From assembly GCA_964057225.1 (NCBI GenBank), contig OZ059900.1, forward strand, positions 7,254,001-7,318,000: DNA of 64,000 bases. Direction: 5' to 3'. Origin of the DNA: Auanema rhodensis. Taxonomy: Eukaryota; Animalia; Nematoda. Under the pieces are notes generated by a model, which was not told the origin of the DNA, made no database searches, and saw nothing but the letters and a program-made list of their open reading frames with translations. The stretch's first letter is position 1, and each line of letters opens with the position of its first letter. The position numbers were made by a program, and so were the translations under genes. This document shows positions 57,401 through 64,000 of the stretch, piece after piece.

Positions 57401-59399
57401 GTATTTTGCACGAATATCAAAACTGATTGAAATATGGGCCTTTTTATGTTCAAAACGCCATATATTCAACGATTTTGGGTACAAAACATGTGAAAACTGT
57501 ATGTTTTGATCAGACCCTTTGAGATATGGATTTGAAATTCAGGATTCATAAACTTTGACTATTTTTACATATATATGTTCAATTTTAACCACTTTGGTCA
57601 AAAAGGACCGAAAATATCAAGAATTATTGGTTTTTTGGGGTTTGAAGGGCATTTTGGCTAAATCAGTCAAACTTTTGATCTTAAGCATATTTTTTTCTTC
57701 TAAAACGACTAAATGTATGAAATACTGTCATAGAATGTTCATATAGGTGTATTTTGCACGAATATCAAAACTGATTGAAATATGGGCCTTTTTATGCTCA
57801 AAACGCCATATATTCAACGATTTTGGGTACAAAACATGTGAAAACTGTATGTTTTGATCAGACCCTTTGAGATATGGATTTAAAATTCAGGATTCATAAA
57901 ATTCGACTATTTTTACTTATATATGTCAAATTTTAACCACTTTGGTCAAAAAGGACCGAAAATATCAAGAATTATTGGTTTTTTGGGGTTTGAAGGGCAT
58001 TTTGGCTGAATCAGTCAAACTTTTGATCTTAAGCATATTTTTTTCTTCTAAAACGACTAAATGTATGAAATACTGTCGAAGAATGTTCATATAGGTGTAT
58101 TTTGCACGAATATCAAAACTGATTGAAATATGGGCCTTTTTATGCTCAAAACGCCATATATTCAACGATTTTGGGTACAAAACATGTGAAAACTGTATGT
58201 TTTGATCAGACCCTTTGAGATATGGATTTAAAATTCAGGATTCATAAAATTCGACTATTTTTACATATATATGTCCAATTTTAACCACTTTGGTCAAAAA
58301 GGACCGAAAATATCAAGAATTATTGGTTTTTTGGGGTTTGAAGGGCATTTTGGCAAAATCAGTCAAACTTTTGATCTTAAGCATATTTTTTTTTTCTAAA
58401 ACGACTAAATGTATGAAATACTGTCAAAGAATGTTCATATAGGTGTATTTTGCACGAATATCAAAACTGATTGAAATATGGGCCTCTTTATGCTCAAAAC
58501 GCCATATATTCAACGATTTTGGGTACGAAACATGTGAAAACTGTATGTTTTGATCAGACCCTTTGAGATATGGATTTGAAATTCAGGATTCATAAACTTT
58601 GACTATTTTTACATATATATGTCCAATTTTAACCACTTTGGTCAAAAAGGACCGAAAATATCAAGAATTATTGGTTTTTGGGGTTTGAAGGGCATTTTGG
58701 CAAAATCAGTCAAACTTTTGATCTTAAGCATATTTTTTTCTTCTAAAACGACTAAATGTATGAAATACTGTCATAGAATGTTCATATAGGTGTATTTTGC
58801 ACGAATATCAAAACTGATTGAAATATGGGCCTTTTTATGTTCAAAACGCCATATATTCAACGATTTTGGGTACAAAACATGTGAAAACTGTATGTTTTGA
58901 TCAGACCCTTTGAGATATGGATTTGGAATTCAGGATTCATAAACTTTGACTATTTTTACATATATATGTTCAATTTTAACCACTTTGGTCAAAAAGGACC
59001 GAAAATATCAAGAATTATTGGTTTTTTGGGGATTGAAGGGCATTTTGGCAAAATCAGTCAAACTTTTGATCTTAAGCATATTTTTTTCTTCTAAAACGAC
59101 TAAATGTATGAAATACTGTCATAGAATGTTTATATAAGTGTATTTTGCACGAATATCAAAACTGATTGAAATATGGGCCTTTTTATGCTCAAAACGCCAT
59201 ATATTCAACGATTTTGGGTACAAAACATGTGAAAACTGTATGTTTTGATCAGACCCTTTGAGATATGGATTTGAAATTCAGGATTCATAAACTTTGACTA
59301 TTTCTACATATATATGTCCAATTTTAACCACTTTGGTCAAAAAGGACCGAAAATATCAAGAATTATTGGTTTTTTGGGGTTTGAAGGGCATTTTGGCTA

Positions 59400-62300
59400 A
59401 ATCAGTCAAACTTTTGATCTTAAGCATATTTTTTTCTTCTAAAACGACTAAATGTATGAAATACTGTCATAGAATGTTCATATAGGTGTATTTTGTACGA
59501 ATATCAAAACTGATTGAAATATGGGCCTTTTTATGCTCAAAACGCCATATATTCAACGATTTTGGGTACAAAACATGTGAAAACTGTATGTTTTGATCAG
59601 ACCCTTTGAGATATGGATTTGAAATTCAGGATTCATAAACTTTGACTATTTTTACATATATATGTCCAATTTTAACCACTTTGGTCAAAAAGGACCGAAA
59701 ATATCAAGAATTATTGGTTTTTTGGGGTTTGAAGGACATTTTGGCTAAATCAGTCAAACTTTTGATCTTAAGCATATTTTTTTCTTCTAAAACGACTAAA
59801 TGTATGAAATACTGTCAAAGAATGTTCATATAGGTGTATTTTGCACGAATATCAAAACTGATTGAAATATGGGCCTTTTTATGCTCAAAACGCCATATAT
59901 TCAACGATTTTGGGTACAAAACATGTGAAAACTGTATGTTTTGATCAGACCCTTTGAGATATGGATTTGAAATTCAGGATTCATAAACTTTGACTATTTT
60001 TACATATATATGTTCAATTGTAACCACTTTGGTCAAAAAGGACCGAAAATATCAAGAATTATTGGTTTTTTGGGGTTTGAAGGGCATTTTGGCTAAATCA
60101 GACAAACTTTTGATCTTAAGCATATTTTTTTCTTCTAAAACGACTAAATGTATGAAATACTGTCGAAGAATGTTCATATAGGTGTATTTTGCACGAATAT
60201 CAAAACTGATTGAAATATGGGCCTTTTTATGCTCAAAACGCCATATATTCAACGATTTTGGGTACAAAACATGTGAAAACTGTATGTTTTGATCAGACCC
60301 TTTGAGATATGGATTTGAAATTCAGGATTCATAAACTTTGACTATTTTTACATATATATGTCCAATTTTAACCACTATGGTCAAAAAGGACCGAAAATAT
60401 CAAGAATTATTGGTTTTTTGGGGTTTGAAGGGCATTTTGGCAAAATCAGTCAAACTTTTGATCTTAAGCATATTTTTTTCTTCTAAAACGACTAAATGTA
60501 TGAAATACTGTCATAGAATGTTCATATAGGTGTATTTTGCACGAATATCAAAACTGATTGAAATATGGGCCTTTTTATGCTCAAAACGCCATATATTCAA
60601 CGATTTTGGGTACAAAACATGTGAAAACTGTATGTTTTGATCAGACCCTTTGAGATATGGATTTGAAATTCAGGATTCATAAACTTCGACTATTTCTACA
60701 TATATATGTCCAATTTTAACCACTTTGGTCAAAAAGGACCGAAAATCTCAAGAATTATTGGTTTTTTGGGGTTTGAAGGGCATTTTGGCAAAATCAGTCA
60801 AACTTTTGATCTTAAGCATATTTTTTTTTTCTAAAACGACTAAATGTATGAAATACTGTCAAAGAATGTTCATATAGGTGTATTTTGCACGAATATCAAA
60901 ACTGATTGAAATATGGGCCTTTTTATGCTCAAAACGCCATATATTAAACGATTTTGGGTACGAAACATGTGAAAACTGTATGTTTTGATCAGACCCTTTG
61001 AGATATGGATTTGAAATTCAGGATTCATAAACTTTGACTATTTTTACATATATATGTCCAATTTTAACCACTTTGGTCAAAAAGGACCGAAAATATCAAG
61101 AATTATTGGTTTTTTGGGGTTTGAAGGGCATTTTGGCAAAATCAGTCAAACTTTTGATCTTAAGCATATTTTTTTCTTCTAAAACGACTAAATGTATGAA
61201 ATACTGTCATAGAATGTTCATATAGGTGTATTTTGCACGAATATCAAAACTGATTGAAATATGGGCCTTTTTATGTTCAAAACGCCATATATTCAACGAT
61301 TTTGGGTACAAAACATGTGAAAACTGTATGTTTTGATCAGACCCTTTGAGATATGGATTTGGAATTCAGGATTCATAAACTTTGACTATTTTTACATATA
61401 TATGTTCAATTTTAACCACTTTGGTCAAAAAGGACCGAAAATATCAAGAATTATTGGTTTTTTGGGGTTTGAAGGGCATTTTGGCTAAATCAGTCAAACT
61501 TTTGATCTTAAGCATATTTTTTTCTTCTAAAACGACTAAATGTATGAAATACTGTCATAGAATGTTCATATAGGTGTATTTTGTACGAATATCAAAACTG
61601 ATTGAAATATGGGCCTTTTTATGCTCAAAACGCCATATATTCAACGATTTTGGGTACAAAACATGTGAAAACTGTATGTTTTGATCAGACCCTTTGAGAT
61701 ATGGATTTGAAATTCAGGATTCATAAACTTTGACTATTTTTACATATATATGTCCAATTTTAACCACTTTGGTCAAAAAGGACCGAAAATATCAAGAATT
61801 ATTGGTTTTTTGGGGTTTGAAGGACATTTTGGCTAAATCAGTCAAACTTTTGATCTTAAGCATATTTTTTTCTTCTAAAACGACTAAATGTATGAAATAC
61901 TGTCAAAGAATGTTCATATAGGTGTATTTTGCACGAATATCAAAACTGATTGAAATATGGGCCTTTTTATGCTCAAAACGCCATATATTCAACGATTTTG
62001 GGTACAAAACATGTGAAAACTGTATGTTTTGATCAGACCCTTTGAGATATGGATTTGAAATTCAGGATTCATAAACTTTGACTATTTTTACATATATATG
62101 TTCAATTGTAACCACTTTGGTCAAAAAGGACCGAAAATATCAAGAATTATTGGTTTTTTGGGGTTTGAAGGGCATTTTGGCTAAATCAGTCAAACTTTTG
62201 ATCTTAAGCATATTTTTTTCTTCTAAAACGACTAAATGTATGAAATACTGTCATAGAATGTTGATATGGGTGTATTTTGCACGAATATCAAAACTGATTG

Positions 62301-63400
62301 AAATATGGGCCTTTTTATGTTCAAAACGCCATATATTCAACGATTTTGGGTACAAAACATGTGAAAACTGTATGTTTTGATCAGACCCTTTGAGATATGG
62401 ATTTGAAATTCAGGATTCATAAACTTTGACTATTTTTACATATATATGTTCAATTTTAACCACTTTGGTCAAAAAGGACCGAAAATATCGAGAATTATTG
62501 GTTTTTTGGGGTTTGAAGGGCATTTTGGCAAAATCAGTCAAACTTTTGATCTTAAGCATATTTTTTTCTTCTAAAACGACTAAATGTATGAAATACTGTC
62601 GAAGAATGTTCATATAGGTGTATTTTGCACGAATATCAAAACTGATTGAAATATGGGCCTTTTTATGCTCAAAACGCCATATATTCAACGATTTTGGGTA
62701 CAAAACATGTGAAAACTGTATGTTTTGATCAGACCCTTTGAGATATGGATTTGAAATTCAGGATTCATAAACTTCGACTATTTCTACATATATATGTCCA
62801 ATTTTAACCACTTTGGTCAAAAAGGACCGAAAATATCAAGAATTATTGGTTTTTTGGGGTTTGAAGGGCATTTTGGCAAAATCAGTCAAACTTTTGATCT
62901 TAAGCATATTTTTTTTTTCTAAAACGACTAAATGTATGAAATACTGTCAAAGAATGTTCATATAGGTGTATTTTGCACGAATATCAAAACTGATTGAAAT
63001 ATGGGCCTTTTTATGCTCAAAACGCCATATATTCAACGATTTTGGGTACGAAACATGTGAAAACTGTATGTTTTGATCAGACCCTTTGAGATATGGATTT
63101 GAAATTCAGGATTCATAAACTTTGACTATTTTTACATATATATGTCCAATTTTAACCACTTTGGTCAAAAAGGACCGAAAATATCAAGAATTATTGGTTT
63201 TTTGGGGTTTGAAGGGCATTTTGGCAAAATCAGTCAAACTTTTGATCTTAAGCATATTTTTTTCTTCTAAAACGACTAAATGTATGAAATACTGTCAAAG
63301 AATGTTCATATAGGTGTATTTTGCACGAATATCAAAACTGATTGAAATATGGGCCTTTTTATGCTCAAAACGCCATATATTCAACGATTTTGGGTACAAA
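59400..63400. repeat. Degenerate 6-monomer (2088-bp) higher-order period
   Basis: ttgtacga at ~59495/61583; ggacat+gtcaaag monomers at 59642/61730; ttgtaac monomers at 59990/62078; cttcg+long T-run+gtacgaaa monomers at 60686/62774. Confidence 0.75.
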
Positions 63401-64000
63401 ACATGTGAAAACTGTATGTTTTGATCAGACCCTTTGAGATATGGATTTGAAATTCAGGATTCATAAACTTTGACTATTTTTACATATATATGTTCAATTG
63501 TAACCACTTTGGTCAAAAAGGACCGAAAATATCAAGAATTATTGGTTTTTTGGGGTTTGAAGGGCATTTTGGCTAAATCAGACAAACTTTTGATCTTAAG
63601 CATATTTTTTTCTTCTAAAACGACTAAATGTATGAAATACTGTCGAAGAATGTTTATATAGGTGTATTTTGAACGAATATCAAAACTGATTGAAATATGG
63701 GCCTTTTTATGCTCAAAACGCCATATATTCAACGATTTTGGGTACGAAACATGTGAAAACTGTATGTTTTGATCAGACCCTTTGAGATATGGATTTGAAA
63801 TTCAGGATTCATAAACTTTGACTATTTTTACATATATATGTCCAATTTTAACCACTTTGGTCAAAAAGGACCGAAAATATCAAGAATTATTGGTTTTTTG
63901 GGGTTTGAAGGGCATTTTGGCAAAATCAGTCAAACTTTTGATCTTAAGCATATTTTTTTCTTCTAAAACGACTAAATGTATGAAATACTGTCATAGAATG

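Larger units (their letters stand above)
1..64000. repeat. Satellite DNA array, 348-bp AT-rich monomer, ~184 head-to-tail copies, extending beyond both window edges
   Basis: The same motif (ttgactatt...cataaact) recurs at 135+348n up to 58599, then at 58946+348n. Monomers differ by only a few substitutions. No non-repeat sequence or inversion is seen. Confidence 0.99.
9071..64000. repeat. Satellite subfamily domain B (~158 monomers)
   Basis: aaaacgac and tactgtc are essentially fixed. Alleles not seen in A: ggctaaatc, atgttcaaaac, ggggattg, tttggaattc, ttcgact, gtcaaaga/gtcgaaga, gttgata. Confidence 0.9.

Noticed and set aside
135-63661. Repeated 63/100-aa plus-strand ORFs (MTIFTYIC...) as a tandem gene family
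   Set aside because: They start at TTG, which is lost in ttcgac variants, and the stop codon toggles freely (TAG/TAT/TGG). Most variants change amino acids, with no synonymous bias and no recognisable domain. They recur only because the repeat does.
308-63732. Minus-strand 66-97-aa ORFs (MTKVVK.../MYPKSL...)
   Set aside because: They appear only where single satellite variants remove a stop codon, and there is no coding signature.
1-64000. CRISPR array or repeat-spacer/cassette diversification system
   Set aside because: There are no unique spacers. The entire 348-bp unit repeats with scattered point variants, and no cas, recombinase or reverse transcriptase gene is present.
1-64000. Tandem 5S rRNA, tRNA, snRNA or spliced-leader gene array
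   Set aside because: I could not recognise any such RNA sequence, cloverleaf or Pol III internal promoter, and the unit is uniformly AT-rich. An Rfam/Infernal scan would be the formal test.
1-64000. Assignment to a named satellite of similar length (e.g. Drosophila 1.688/359-bp, tenebrionid ~360-bp, Chironomus 340-350-bp)
   Set aside because: Only length and AT-richness are similar. I recognise no sequence identity, and a database search is needed.
1-64000. Pure sequencing concatemer or assembly artefact
   Set aside because: Variants are shared, nested and ordered in blocks as expected from real duplication history rather than random error. Individual copy numbers still need read support.

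Overview
The whole 64-kb window is one uninterrupted, head-to-tail, single-orientation tandem array of an AT-rich 348-bp monomer (about 184 copies, about 30% GC by my hand count of one monomer). This is the architecture of eukaryotic satellite DNA (centromeric, pericentromeric or subtelomeric heterochromatin). I see no genes, RNA genes, transposons or CRISPR spacers, and every listed ORF is a translation of the repeat unit. I cannot assign the organism or satellite family from the sequence. The informative structure lies in the variants. (1) Only two length changes are visible: a 94-bp deletion at ~33-34 and a 1-bp deletion at ~58675-58679. (2) Two monomer subfamilies switch sharply at ~9.0-9.2 kb. 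(3) There is a mosaic of local higher-order duplications with 2- to 15-monomer periods and long-range haplotype links of 77, 83 and 137 monomers. (4) Many minority alleles create CpG, while consensus CpGs barely decay. (5) The monomer has ~10-bp phased A/T tracts, short palindromes and traces of a ~174-bp dimer origin. I found no evidence of a novel gene-encoded system. All comparisons were made by eye.
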